DNA from: a bacterium
Lineage (GTDB): Bacteria; Vulcanimicrobiota; Vulcanimicrobiia; Vulcanimicrobiales; SCRA01
NCBI GenBank assembly: GCA_004297985.1
Contig: SCRA01000044.1
Coordinates: 14,262-78,261, forward strand
Direction of reading: 5' to 3'
DNA: 64,000 bases
Each line of letters starts with the position of its first letter. The stretch's first letter is position 1. Positions 10,009 through 19,366 of this stretch are shown one piece after another. The notes under the pieces are model-generated. The model worked only from the letters and a program-made list of their open reading frames with translations. It searched no databases and was not told where the DNA came from. The position numbers and the translations under genes were made by a program.

Positions 10009-10791
10009 CTAGGATGCCCCGCCCGCGTGCAGCGTCGAGTGAACCCCTACCTGCGGACGGAAGCGTAGCGAGAGCTCGAAAGGCCCCTCCCCGCGCTCCT
10101 CGATCTGTCGCGAGAGCGCACCCTCGCCATCCGCCGCCAAGAGCTGAATGTCGGTATCGCCGACGACGAAGCGCCTGCCATAGGCTCGCAGCTCGGGGCG
10201 GGTCAGCGAGCCGGCGTCGGCCAGCGCGAGCGCCTGCCGGTAGATGGGCAGCACGGCCTCTAGGTCGCGCACGGCCACGGTTACCGAGGCGATCCCGCAG
10301 GCACCGTTATCATGGCGACCAGCGGGCTCTTGCTGGAGCCGCTCTGCATCGGGTGTCTCCCACTCGATCAAGAACGGCCACGGGCGTCGCCACTGCGCGT
10401 CGTCCGGGGCGATGATGCGCCACGAGAAACTCGAACCGTCGGGCCGCGCGCGCGACATCTCAACCAGCTCGCCCCGCAGCCCTAGCTTGTGCAGGTTCCC
10501 GCCCTGGGCGTTGATCTCGATGCCCGCCACTACGAAACCCGCCAACCCGCCGCCGCGGCGCAGATACTCCACGAGCACGCGTCCGCTCTCGCCGCTCTCC
10601 AGCGCCTCACGCTCGTCACGCACAGAGATCAGCTCCAGATACGTCAAGCCGAAGCGGATGATCGCGTTCTCCGTGCCGCATCGCGGGTGGCGCCCTCCCG
10701 GGCGCACATCGAAGCCGAAGCCGCGATAGGCGGCGACGGCCGCACCGAGGTCGGGTACCGCGATCACGGCGTGGTCGAAGCGGGTCAGCAT
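10009..10791 (-). CDS. VOC (glyoxalase/bleomycin-resistance/dioxygenase) family protein, two-domain
   Basis: 260 aa. FDHAVIAVPDL at the N-terminus and a second GIASVTVAVRDLE module. Confidence 0.7.
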   Translation of the reverse strand: MLTRFDHAVIAVPDLGAAVAAYRGFGFDVRPGGRHPRCGTENAIIRFGLTYLELISVRDEREALESGESGRVLVEYLRRGGGLAGFVVAGIEINAQGGNLHKLGLRGELVEMSRARPDGSSFSWRIIAPDDAQWRRPWPFLIEWETPDAERLQQEPAGRHDNGACGIASVTVAVRDLEAVLPIYRQALALADAGSLTRPELRAYGRRFVVGDTDIQLLAADGEGALSRQIEERGEGPFELSLRFRPQVGVHSTLHAGGAS

Positions 10792-10868
10792 GCGATCTCT
10801 TTAGGCTGCGACGCCTAGACTCCCCCGTGCTGCAAAGGGGCGCCACGGCGGCCTTAGAAGGCTCCCCC

Positions 10869-11741
10869 ATGTACGACGGGCGTGCCGAGGTCCGCAACCT
10901 GGGCGCGGTGCTCGCGGCGATGCTTGCCATCCTCGCCCTCGAGGTGGGGGGCGGCATCGTCTCCGGGAGCCTCGCCCTCCTTGCCGACGCCGCGCATATG
11001 GCAACCGATGCTGTCTCAGCCGGGTTGGCGCTGTGGGCGGCGTGGCTCGCCCAACGCCCCGCGGACCACCGTCTCACCTTCGGCTATGGCCGCTCCAAGG
11101 TGCTTGCCGCGCTCGCGAACGGGAGCGCTCTCTTCGCCATCGTCGCGCTGGTCTGGATCGAGGGCATCCGCCATCTGCGTGCGCCCGAGCCGGTTGACGA
11201 GCGCACGATGCTCGGCGTCGCCGCCGTGGCGTTGCTCTCCAATCTCGCGCTCTCGTGGTATCTCTCGCGCAGCCATGGGAGATCGCTCAACGTCCGCGCG
11301 GTGATCGTACACGCGTTGGGCGATGCGCTGGCCTCGTTCGGGGTCATCCTCGCCGGCATCACCATCATGCTCACGGGGTGGCTACGGGCCGATGCGGTGA
11401 TCTCGCTGATCATCGGCATCCTCGTCGCCCTCTCGGCGTGGAGCGTCATGCGTGACTCCGTCACCGTACTGATGGAGGGCGTGCCGCGCGAGTTCGATCT
11501 CGCAGATCTGCGCCAAACGCTCGACGCCCTGCCCTACGTCAGCGACGTTCACGATCTCCACGTCTGGTGCGTCAACGAAGGGGCCCTCGCGGCCAGCTTC
11601 CATGTTCGCGTTCCCGAAGCGGCACTGGCCACGAGTCCGGACACCGTGACGCTCCTGAAGTCCCTGCTGGCGGGGCGCTTCAAGGTGGAGCACGCAACGA
11701 TCGAAGTGGAGTGCCAGAACTGTGGAGATGGGTGCGACTAG
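10869..11741 (+). CDS. Cation diffusion facilitator (CzcD/ZitB-like) transporter
   Basis: SGSLALLADAAHMATD and HALGDALAS motifs, 6 TM helices plus a cytoplasmic tail ending CQNCGDGCD. Start taken at the ATG at 10869. Confidence 0.85.
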   Translation: MYDGRAEVRNLGAVLAAMLAILALEVGGGIVSGSLALLADAAHMATDAVSAGLALWAAWLAQRPADHRLTFGYGRSKVLAALANGSALFAIVALVWIEGIRHLRAPEPVDERTMLGVAAVALLSNLALSWYLSRSHGRSLNVRAVIVHALGDALASFGVILAGITIMLTGWLRADAVISLIIGILVALSAWSVMRDSVTVLMEGVPREFDLADLRQTLDALPYVSDVHDLHVWCVNEGALAASFHVRVPEAALATSPDTVTLLKSLLAGRFKVEHATIEVECQNCGDGCD

Positions 11742-11764
11742 GAGTCAACGCCGCGGACTCCTAG
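11738..11764. terminator. Bidirectional hairpin between convergent genes (9-bp stem, no U-tract)
   Basis: CTAGGAGTC (11738-11746) pairs with GACTCCTAG (11756-11764). Both convergent stop codons (TAG at 11739-11741, CTA at 11761-11763) lie inside the stem arms. Confidence 0.4.
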
Positions 11765-12081
11765 TGCCCCGGCGGGCGGTAGCTGACGCTTCGCTTCGTG
11801 GCCTCGTCGATCTCTTCCGGCGTGAGAAGGACCGTGACCTTCGTGCGGACCGCCCCACTGGCGCTAGCCACTAGGGAGACGGCCGCCGCGCCGATGTCGT
11901 CGCCGCCGTCGATGATGGTGAAGACATCATCGTCGCCAAACGCGAAGTAGAAGCCTTCCAATCTCGCCCCCATGCCCTTGGCCAGGTCTGTGACGGCCGC
12001 TCGCCGAGCCGAGCCGCCCTCCTTCAGCAGCCCCTTGAGCCCTTCGGTCGTATACGTCGCGCGGATGAGATACTTCGCCAT
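11761..12081 (-). CDS. GYD domain-containing protein
   Basis: From the ATG at 12079-12081: MAKYLIRATYTTEGLKGLLKEGG...GFYFAFGDDDVF, the typical GYD family pattern. Confidence 0.75.
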   Translation of the reverse strand: MAKYLIRATYTTEGLKGLLKEGGSARRAAVTDLAKGMGARLEGFYFAFGDDDVFTIIDGGDDIGAAAVSLVASASGAVRTKVTVLLTPEEIDEATKRSVSYRPPGH

Positions 12082-12296
12082 AGCTGCGCCCTCCAAGCAC
12101 GCACCCAAACCTGGCTTCACGGTAGCACCGCACGAGCTCACGCCCTACAACGGGGCACTCTCTCGATTGCTCACGTCGCTCGAGAACGCAGCCTGGCATC
12201 TCTTACAGCAAGCGGCGCACAGCCTGCTGCGCAACGTTCCGCAATGCTTCTTCACACGGCGTTCAAACGCACTGGGTACGATCGAGTCAGAGACGC

Positions 12297-12815
12297 ATGA
12301 GACCTATGTTTCGAGTGGAGGATACCATGGCTGCACCAACGTTACCGAGAGAGTCATCAATCGTCGCCACGCCGATCGACAGGCTCTTCGACATGTTCGA
12401 GGAGGGGCCGTTCAGCGGATTCAATCGGATGCGCCGTATGATGGACGCCATGTTGAACCCGGGCGCGCAGGGCGCCGTCGTCAGCGCAACGGGAGACGGC
12501 ATTCCCGTGAACATCTATGAGAAGGACAACGCCTATGTCGTCGAGGCCGCGGTCCCCGGCTACAAGCGAGAGGATCTGACGGTCGAGGTCATCGGCGATA
12601 CGCTGACCATAGCCGGCAAGTACGAGACGAAGACCGAGGAAGAGCAGAAAAACTACCATCGCCGCGAGATGCGCCATGGCAGCTTCTCACGCAGCTTCTC
12701 CTTCCCGGGCGCGCTCGATCCGAAGTCGGTAACGGCCGCGTTCGAGAACGGCATACTGCGTATCTCGGTGAGGCCCGAGCAACTCGTTCATAGTACCAAG
12801 GTGCCGATTAGCTGA
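12297..12815 (+). CDS. Hsp20/alpha-crystallin family small heat-shock protein
   Basis: Alpha-crystallin domain PVNIYEKDNAYVVEAAVPGYKREDLTVEV...FSRSFSFPGALD...AAFENGILRISV. Confidence 0.88.
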   Translation: MRPMFRVEDTMAAPTLPRESSIVATPIDRLFDMFEEGPFSGFNRMRRMMDAMLNPGAQGAVVSATGDGIPVNIYEKDNAYVVEAAVPGYKREDLTVEVIGDTLTIAGKYETKTEEEQKNYHRREMRHGSFSRSFSFPGALDPKSVTAAFENGILRISVRPEQLVHSTKVPIS

Positions 12816-12816
12816 G

Positions 12817-13422
12817 ATGGAAGTCGCGCCGCGAATCACGCTCCGCAACATGGAGCATTCGGAGGCCTTGGAGGGCCTCATAGGCGATGAGATAGCGGCT
12901 CTCGAGCGATTCTACGAGCGCATCATCACCGCTCGCATTGCCGTCGAATACCCGCATCGGCACCGCGAGCGCGGCAACATCGTCCACGTCCGCATCGATA
13001 TCGTCGTCCCCGGCGAGGAGCTGGTGATCACGCACGAACCTTCGCTCCATGGGACGATGCAGGGCCTCGAAGCCGAAGAGTGGGCGAAGTCCTTTGAAAC
13101 GGAGGCCAGGTACAAGGACGCGTACCTGGCCGTCCGTGAGGCCTTCCACAAGGCCCGCCGCGTCCTCGAAGACTACGTTCTGAGGATGCGCGACGAGGAG
13201 CGCCCTGGAGAACGCGCAACCGCACCCCAGGGGCGTGTGGTGAAGATCGACGCGGCGAAGGGCTTCGGTTTCCTCGAGGCCCCAGACGGACGCGAGATAT
13301 ACTTCCACCGAGACAGCGTACTCGACGGAGCTTTCAAGCGATTGAAGGTCGGGTCCACCGTGCGCTTCGCCGAAGAAGAGGGCGAGAAGGGCCCTCAGGC
13401 CAGCACGGTTCGACAAGCCTGA
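12817..13422 (+). CDS. HPF/RaiA-like domain fused to a cold-shock (CSD/OB) domain
   Basis: The N-terminal ~100 aa resemble the ribosome-associated inhibitor fold (ITLRNMEHSEALE...HVRIDIVVPG). The C-terminal GRVVKIDAAKGFGFLEAPDGREIYFHRDSV is a clear CSD with an RNP1-like KGFGF. Starts 1 nt after the Hsp20 stop. Confidence 0.72.
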   Translation: MEVAPRITLRNMEHSEALEGLIGDEIAALERFYERIITARIAVEYPHRHRERGNIVHVRIDIVVPGEELVITHEPSLHGTMQGLEAEEWAKSFETEARYKDAYLAVREAFHKARRVLEDYVLRMRDEERPGERATAPQGRVVKIDAAKGFGFLEAPDGREIYFHRDSVLDGAFKRLKVGSTVRFAEEEGEKGPQASTVRQA

Positions 13423-13431
13423 CACCCTGCA

Positions 13432-14445
13432 TCATCCGCCGATGTGCGACATCTCCACCTTGGGAGTGCCCGGAGTCACCGAAGTCCGCAACTCCGAGTA
13501 GCGGTCGTCGCGCACGCGCCAGACCGACGCAATGCGTTCCATGATCGCATCGTCATCGGCACCGCCGCGCAGTAATGCTTTCAGATCGTGGCCGTGCGAG
13601 GCGAAGAGGCACGTGTAGAGCTGCCCCTCCGCCGAGATGCGCGCCCTCGTGCAATCGCGGCAGAACGGATGGGTCACCGAGCCGATGATGCCGATCTCCC
13701 CCGCCCCATCGCGGTACCGGTAGCGCTGCGCTACCTCGCCGCGGTAGTTGGGATCGACCGGCTCGAGCGGAAACACGGCGTCAACCGCATGCACGATCTC
13801 GGCCGCCGGGACCACGTCGTCCATGCGCCAACCGTTGGTGTTCCCCACGTCCATATACTCGATGAAGCGGAGGATCATCCCGGTGCCTCGGAAGTGACGC
13901 GCCATCTCCACGATCGAGCCTTCGTTGAACCCTCGCTTCACCACCATGTTGATCTTGATGGGCGCGAGCCCCGCCTCGCGCGCCGTCTCGATTCCCTCCA
14001 GTACCTTACCGACGGGAAAGTCGACGTCGTTCATCGCGCGGAAGACGGCGTCATCCATGGAATCCAGACTCACGGTGATGCGCCGCAAGCCCGCCGCCGC
14101 CAGCGATGCCGCCTTCTTCGCCAGCAGCGAGCCGTTGGTCGTCAGCGTGAGATCTCGCACACCGTCGATCTGCGCCAACATCGCCACCAGCCGCTCCAAG
14201 TCACGGCGCACCAGCGGCTCGCCGCCGGTCAGGCGCAGCTTCTCCACGCCCAAGGCCACGAAGATCCGTGCCAAGCGCGCGATCTCTTCGAACGTCAGGA
14301 CTTCCCGGTGCGGCAGGAATTGGAAGTCCGATCCGAAGATCGCCTTGGGCATGCAGTAGACGCACCGGAAGTTACAGCGATCGGTGACGGATATCCGCAG
14401 ATCCCGCAGAGCGCGGTTGAACGTATCGGTTGTCTGCGTGGCGAT
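13432..14445 (-). CDS. moaA: GTP 3',8-cyclase MoaA (radical SAM); start codon uncertain
   Basis: The track ORF starts at MPKAIF. The frame stays open upstream and encodes [26 protein letters not shown], the CxxxCxxC radical-SAM cluster. No ATG, GTG or TTG lies upstream in frame. I place the 5' end at an ATC (14443-14445) 7 nt after the ppa stop. Confidence 0.8.
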   Translation of the reverse strand: MATQTTDTFNRALRDLRISVTDRCNFRCVYCMPKAIFGSDFQFLPHREVLTFEEIARLARIFVALGVEKLRLTGGEPLVRRDLERLVAMLAQIDGVRDLTLTTNGSLLAKKAASLAAAGLRRITVSLDSMDDAVFRAMNDVDFPVGKVLEGIETAREAGLAPIKINMVVKRGFNEGSIVEMARHFRGTGMILRFIEYMDVGNTNGWRMDDVVPAAEIVHAVDAVFPLEPVDPNYRGEVAQRYRYRDGAGEIGIIGSVTHPFCRDCTRARISAEGQLYTCLFASHGHDLKALLRGGADDDAIMERIASVWRVRDDRYSELRTSVTPGTPKVEMSHIGG

Positions 14446-14452
14446 CGCCCCT

Positions 14453-15016
14453 TCAGAGAGCCCCCGCGAGTGCCGCCTGGTGCTCGCGGAAGCGGTCGGC
14501 CGACTCCTGAATCGAGCGGCGCGCGGCGGCCGCGTCGGACCAGCCTTGCGTACTGGTCTCCTTTCCCTCCAAGAGCTTGTACGTTGCGAAGAAGTGCTGG
14601 ATGATCTTGATCGTGTGCGGAAAGATCGTCGTGTAGTTGTGGACGTTCTCGAAGGCGGGCTCCCCCACTGGAACGGCTAGGATCTTGTCGTCCTCCTTAC
14701 CGCCGTCGATCATCTTGAGCAGGCCGATCGGGCGGGTAACCACCAGACACCCCGTAAAGGTCGGCTGTGCCACGAGGATCAGCACGTCCATCGGATCGCC
14801 GTCGAGAGCCAGCGTCTGCGGCGCGAAGCCGTAGTCGCCGGGATAGTAGATGGGCGAGTGCAGGACACGATCGAGACGAAAGATGTCCAGCTCTTTATCG
14901 TACTCGTACTTGTTGCGCGAGCCCTCGGGAATCTCGACGACGACGTTGATCTCCTCGGGGGCGTTGGCCCCCAGCGGCAGGTTGAGATAGTTGCGGGCCG
15001 GGGCGATCTGCGGCAT
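14453..15016 (-). CDS. ppa: Inorganic pyrophosphatase (family I)
   Basis: [16 protein letters not shown]...[24 protein letters not shown] are signature family I PPase motifs. Start at the ATG at 15014-15016. Confidence 0.92.
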   Translation of the reverse strand: MPQIAPARNYLNLPLGANAPEEINVVVEIPEGSRNKYEYDKELDIFRLDRVLHSPIYYPGDYGFAPQTLALDGDPMDVLILVAQPTFTGCLVVTRPIGLLKMIDGGKEDDKILAVPVGEPAFENVHNYTTIFPHTIKIIQHFFATYKLLEGKETSTQGWSDAAAARRSIQESADRFREHQAALAGAL

Positions 15017-15066
15017 CACTCGGCGTTCGGTTCGCCACACCCGCGCCCCTTGGCGCAGGGCGCCTC

Positions 15067-16077
15067 TCAGGGCACCAACACGGCCGCTCCGTCGATGCGA
15101 TCGGCTTTGAGAAGCTGCAGCGCCGTATTGGCCTCACGCAGGGGCAGGGGCCGTACACGCGGCCGAATCGCGATCTTGGCCGCAAGCTCCAGGAAGTCGC
15201 GAGCATCCGCTCGCGTCATATTGGTCACGCTGCGCAACTGGCGCTCTCCCCACAACAGCGTGTCGTAGTCGAACGAAGGTATGCGGTCGAGGTGGATGGC
15301 GTTGATCGCTGCCACGCCGCCTTTGCGCAGGGAGCGCAGCGCCGCGATGACCACGTCGCCCGAAGGGGCGAACGTCACGGCGCGGTCCAGCGCCACCGGT
15401 GGCACCTCCTGCGCCTCGCCCGCCCACACGGCCCCCAGCTCGCGCGCCAGGGCCCGGTGCGAGGCTCCGCGCGTCGAGACGTAAACTCGGCAGCCCCATG
15501 CCTGGAGTACCGGGAGCGCCAGATGCGCCGAGGCACCAAAGCCGAAGAGACCCACGCGCTCGCCGCGCTCGACCCCCGCCACGCGCAACGCACGGAAGCC
15601 TATGATTCCCGCGCACAGCAGTGGTGCCGCCTGCTCGTCGTCCAGCGCCGTGGGGAGCGGCACGGTGAATGAGGCGCGCGCCGTGGCGTAAGCAGCGTAG
15701 CCGCCATCGCGGTCGTACCCGGTGAAGATCGGCGCGTCGCAGAGGTTCTCGCGCCCGGCCCGGCACTGCGGGCACGTGCCGTCGACGCCGCCCAGCCAAG
15801 AGACGCCGACGCGCGCGCCCACGCTCGCGAAGGCACCGCTGCCCAGCGCCGCCACCTCGGCGACGATCTGATGCCCCGGCACGATGCTCGGCCGATGGGG
15901 CGTGAGCTCCCCTTCGACGATGTGCAGATCGGTGCGGCAGACGCCGCAGGCGCGCACCTTCAGGAGCACCTCGCCGGGCCCCGGCTCCGGCACCTCCCGT
16001 TCCTCGATGTGCAGCGGCGACTCACCAACCGCGTGCGGCTCATGGAGTACCGCCGCCAAGCCGCGCGCCGTGTTCAT
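15067..16077 (-). CDS. Zinc-dependent alcohol dehydrogenase family protein
   Basis: GVCRTDLH, PGHQIVAEV, a CPQCRAGRENLC structural-Zn loop and a GFGASAH Rossmann motif. Confidence 0.85.
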   Translation of the reverse strand: MNTARGLAAVLHEPHAVGESPLHIEEREVPEPGPGEVLLKVRACGVCRTDLHIVEGELTPHRPSIVPGHQIVAEVAALGSGAFASVGARVGVSWLGGVDGTCPQCRAGRENLCDAPIFTGYDRDGGYAAYATARASFTVPLPTALDDEQAAPLLCAGIIGFRALRVAGVERGERVGLFGFGASAHLALPVLQAWGCRVYVSTRGASHRALARELGAVWAGEAQEVPPVALDRAVTFAPSGDVVIAALRSLRKGGVAAINAIHLDRIPSFDYDTLLWGERQLRSVTNMTRADARDFLELAAKIAIRPRVRPLPLREANTALQLLKADRIDGAAVLVP

Positions 16078-16081
16078 CCCC

Positions 16082-16852
16082 TCATCCGAACGTCGTGATC
16101 AGCGGCGCATGGTCGCTCGACTGCCGCCAAGCGCGCGCCTCGTGGTCCACGCTGCACGCCTCCAGGCGTGCGCCCAGGGGCGGCGTACAGAGCGCTATGT
16201 CGATCCGCCAACCCTCGTTCTTACGTAACGCCCCGGCCCGATAGTCCCAGTACGTGTACTCGATCTTCTCGCCGTAGAGCATACGAAAGGCATCGGCGAA
16301 GCCGAACTCCAGCAGCTCGGCGTAGGCCCGGCGCACGGCTACGCTGGTGTGGGTCGTCTCGCCGATCGTTGCCCCTGGGTACACATCGTGGTCGGTCTGC
16401 GCCACGTTGAGATCGCCGCACAGGACGATGGGACGGCTCTTCTTCTCGCGCGCATCGAGCCAGCGTCGAAGGACCGTGAACCACTCGAGCTTATAGGCGT
16501 ATTGCGTACTGCCGTACGTGCCGCCGTTGGGCGCGTAGCAGCTAAAGATGCGCTCACCGCTTTCCAGGCGCGCGCCGGCGAGGCGTCCGTGCTCGTCGCC
16601 GGGCAACCCCTCGATGTGATCGTCCAGCGGCTGCTTGGCAACGATCGCGACGCCCGCGTAACCCGCGTTGCCGACGGCCACCGCATGGGGATATCCCAAC
16701 ATAGCGAAATCGCCGAACGGAAAAAGCCCGTTACTGATCTTGGTCTCTTGCAGGCAGAGTACGTCCGGGGCGCGTTCGCGCAAGAGGCGCTCCACCAGCG
16801 CCATGCGCGCGCGAAGACCATTGACATTCCAGGTAGCGACGGTAAGCGCCAC
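16082..16852 (-). CDS. xthA: Exodeoxyribonuclease III
   Basis: TWNVNGLRAR, CLQETK, GDLNVAQ and SDHAPL motifs. GTG start. Confidence 0.9.
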   Translation of the reverse strand: MALTVATWNVNGLRARMALVERLLRERAPDVLCLQETKISNGLFPFGDFAMLGYPHAVAVGNAGYAGVAIVAKQPLDDHIEGLPGDEHGRLAGARLESGERIFSCYAPNGGTYGSTQYAYKLEWFTVLRRWLDAREKKSRPIVLCGDLNVAQTDHDVYPGATIGETTHTSVAVRRAYAELLEFGFADAFRMLYGEKIEYTYWDYRAGALRKNEGWRIDIALCTPPLGARLEACSVDHEARAWRQSSDHAPLITTFG

Positions 16853-16943
16853 GTAACGAAAGACCCCTCCGGGCGCATCTGCGATTTCCCGCAGATTACG
16901 TCGGAGGGGTCCAGCGCCCCCTCTTCGGGAGACCGGGGATTTC

Positions 16944-17546
16944 CTAGAGTCCGTAGACGGCCTTGAGGTCCTTCATCACCTGCAGCAGAATGATATGGTA
17001 CTCGGCATCGACCTTCGTGCCGTACTTGGCATCGATGTCATCCATCACTTGCACGTGAATCGGGTGGCTCACCAGATGGTCGAGCATGTACTCCACGTTG
17101 TACGAGCCATTGGCGTTCACGCCGGACTTGTAAAGCGCGGCGGCCAGCGCCTTCCCGTCGGTGGGCGCGGGCTCCGGCGTCTTCGGAAGCGCGATCTTCT
17201 TCTCGGTGACGATCTTCAGCGTATCGCCGACCACGAAGTCGTACGTCTTGAGAAACTGCCCAACATTGTCTTTGCCGAACTGCTTCTGCAGCTTTGCCAC
17301 TTCAGCGTCGGCTTTGTCGCCGGCAAGCACGCCGACCAGCGTCGTCGTCTTGTAGGCGGAGGGGCCGCCGCCCGCCACGACCATGGAGAGCGTGAGTGCC
17401 AGATTGGGAGCCCCTGGGTAGGCCGCGTCGCTGCTGAAACGATCTTTCGGAGCGGCCGCCAGAGCCGGCAGCGCCATCGAGAGCGCGAGGGTCCCGGCCA
17501 GCGCGGCCAACGACCACTTATGAATGTTGATCATACCTGTCCTCAT
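16944..17546 (-). CDS. Secreted hypothetical protein
   Basis: Signal peptide WSLAALAGTLALSMALPALAAAP. No recognisable family. Start may be the internal MINIHK. Confidence 0.5.
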   Translation of the reverse strand: MRTGMINIHKWSLAALAGTLALSMALPALAAAPKDRFSSDAAYPGAPNLALTLSMVVAGGGPSAYKTTTLVGVLAGDKADAEVAKLQKQFGKDNVGQFLKTYDFVVGDTLKIVTEKKIALPKTPEPAPTDGKALAAALYKSGVNANGSYNVEYMLDHLVSHPIHVQVMDDIDAKYGTKVDAEYHIILLQVMKDLKAVYGL

Positions 17547-17692
17547 GTTGCTGACGAAGTGCGAGTCTCGTGTACGCGTGGGGCGTTACGCTTTCCACGC
17601 TATCTATGTGCTGTACGAGCCAGACGGGCCGATGGATTGACAACGTGGCCGCCGCGGGAGTCGGCGAGCGTGCGGCGAATATACCGGTCATT

Positions 17693-18064
17693 GTGGAGAT
17701 CGTCATCAAGCGGGCCTACGTGGAACCCGCTCCGAGTGATGGGTTCCGTGTGCTGGTCGACCGGGTCTGGCCGCGCGGAAAGACGAAGGACGACCTAGCG
17801 CTCGATCTCTGGGCGCGCGATCTGGCGCCCAGCAGCACCCTGCGCGGATGGTTCAACCACGACCCCGTGCGCTGGCAGGGTTTTTGCGAGCGTTATCGCC
17901 GCGAGCTAGCGGCGCCGGAACAGTATGCGCGGCTGACTGAGATCCTCAAGGCAGCCCGCGGCCACAAGCGCCTCACGCTGGTCTTCGGCGCCAAAGACGA
18001 GGAGCACAATCAGGCCGTGGTCCTGCGCAACGCACTCGAGGATCTCGTCCCAAAGCGCGGATGA
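17693..18064 (+). CDS. DUF488 family protein
   Basis: IKRAYVEPAPSDGFRVLVDRVWPRG...LAPSSTLRGWFNHDP is the DUF488 pattern. The GTG at 17693 gives the family-typical ~120 aa; the longer upstream ORF portion looks non-coding. Confidence 0.7.
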   Translation: MEIVIKRAYVEPAPSDGFRVLVDRVWPRGKTKDDLALDLWARDLAPSSTLRGWFNHDPVRWQGFCERYRRELAAPEQYARLTEILKAARGHKRLTLVFGAKDEEHNQAVVLRNALEDLVPKRG

Positions 18065-18078
18065 GCGCGCAGCCGAGG

Positions 18079-18999
18079 CTAGAGAAACGAGGAGAGCTTC
18101 GCGCGATCGATGCGCGCGATGCGTCCGCCCTCGAGCTCGATGGCTCCGGCATTCTCTAACTCGAAGAGAGCACGCGCCGCTACTTCGCGGACGGTCCCCG
18201 CCGCGATTGCCAGTTGGCTCTGGCTCATACGCCGCGCCGACGAGAGCACCGGGGCCAGCCCTTGATCCGGGGGCGCGTAGGGGAGCAGCGCGCGCGCCAC
18301 GCGCTCCACCGTGGAGCGCCCCGCTAAGAACTCCAGGCGCTCGGCCAGCGCGCGACCTCGCTGTGCGCAGAGCAGCGCGATCGAGCGTACCAAGCCGATA
18401 TCGCTCTCCATCTGTTTGAGCACGACGTTGCGCGGCACGGCGACGATGCGCGCCGCGCCGAATGGCGGTGCCACGCGCCCCAACATCGTCCCGCCATCGA
18501 CCAGCGAGAGCTCTCCAAACGTCTCGAAAGGGAGGAACTCGAAGAGCAGGCGCTCGCGGCCGTTGGCCGAGCCGGCGATCATCCCTAGCGTTCCCTCGCG
18601 AACGAAGCCGAGGTAGGGCCACTGCGATCCCTGCTCGTTGAGAGCTTCACGGTGCGGGATAGAACGCTCGAGCGCGTTGGCGACGAAGGCCGCGCGCGTC
18701 TCGTCGCTGCAACCCTCCAGCGCGGCGCAGCGGCCTAAGAAATCTTCCAAGCTGCCGTCGCGCCCTTCTGAGTCGATGCGCCGGATCGTCACTACCCAGT
18801 CGTCATCGCTGTGCTGCCGCTGGAGCCAGACGAAGCGCCCTTCGCGCTGACGGTCGAACTCAAAGCGCAGTGGACGCGGCTCATGATCGGTGGAGAGCTG
18901 GAGCTCCTCCCCCGGGCGCAATGCATCGAACGCCGCGAAGATCTCCCGGTGCCGCAGCCAGGTGGGGATAGAACGAACGTCGATGAGGTGCGCGATCAC
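18079..18999 (-). CDS. Crp/Fnr-family transcriptional regulator with N-terminal DUF2249 domain
   Basis: The N-terminal ~75 aa (LIDVRSIPTWLRHREIFAAFDALRPGEELQLSTDHEPRPLRFEF) closely parallel the stand-alone DUF2249 protein at 21007-21255. A cNMP-binding-like barrel and a C-terminal HTH (SQSQLAIAAGTVREVAARAL) follow. Confidence 0.78.
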   Translation of the reverse strand: MIAHLIDVRSIPTWLRHREIFAAFDALRPGEELQLSTDHEPRPLRFEFDRQREGRFVWLQRQHSDDDWVVTIRRIDSEGRDGSLEDFLGRCAALEGCSDETRAAFVANALERSIPHREALNEQGSQWPYLGFVREGTLGMIAGSANGRERLLFEFLPFETFGELSLVDGGTMLGRVAPPFGAARIVAVPRNVVLKQMESDIGLVRSIALLCAQRGRALAERLEFLAGRSTVERVARALLPYAPPDQGLAPVLSSARRMSQSQLAIAAGTVREVAARALFELENAGAIELEGGRIARIDRAKLSSFL

Positions 19000-19048
19000 G
19001 TCCAGGTGCTTCCGCTGAGGGCGGCGCCATCCTTTTACCGCCCGCGGT

Positions 19049-19366
19049 TCAACGACCGAGCTGGCGATGGGCCTCCTCGCTCATCCGCTCAGGCGACCAA
19101 GGGGGCTCGAACGTTACCTTCACGTTAACGTCGCTGACCCACGGCACGGAGGTCACGGCACGCTCGACGTCCATCTTGATCGTATCGTGCATCGGGCAGC
19201 CCGGCACGGTCAGCGTCATCACGATGTCCACGTGGCCGTTGCTGTCTTCGACGCCGATCCCGTAGATCAAACCGAGGTTGACGATATCGATGCCAAGTTC
19301 AGGATCGATCACGGTCGTCAGTTGCTGCAGCACTTCCTCGTGCAGCGGCGTCATCTCAGCACTCAT
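19049..19366 (-). CDS. DUF59/MIP18-family metal-sulfur cluster assembly factor
   Basis: VIDPELGIDIVNLGLIY...TLTVPGCPMHD is the hallmark DUF59 motif. ATGA overlap with the upstream gene. Confidence 0.82.
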   Translation of the reverse strand: MSAEMTPLHEEVLQQLTTVIDPELGIDIVNLGLIYGIGVEDSNGHVDIVMTLTVPGCPMHDTIKMDVERAVTSVPWVSDVNVKVTFEPPWSPERMSEEAHRQLGR

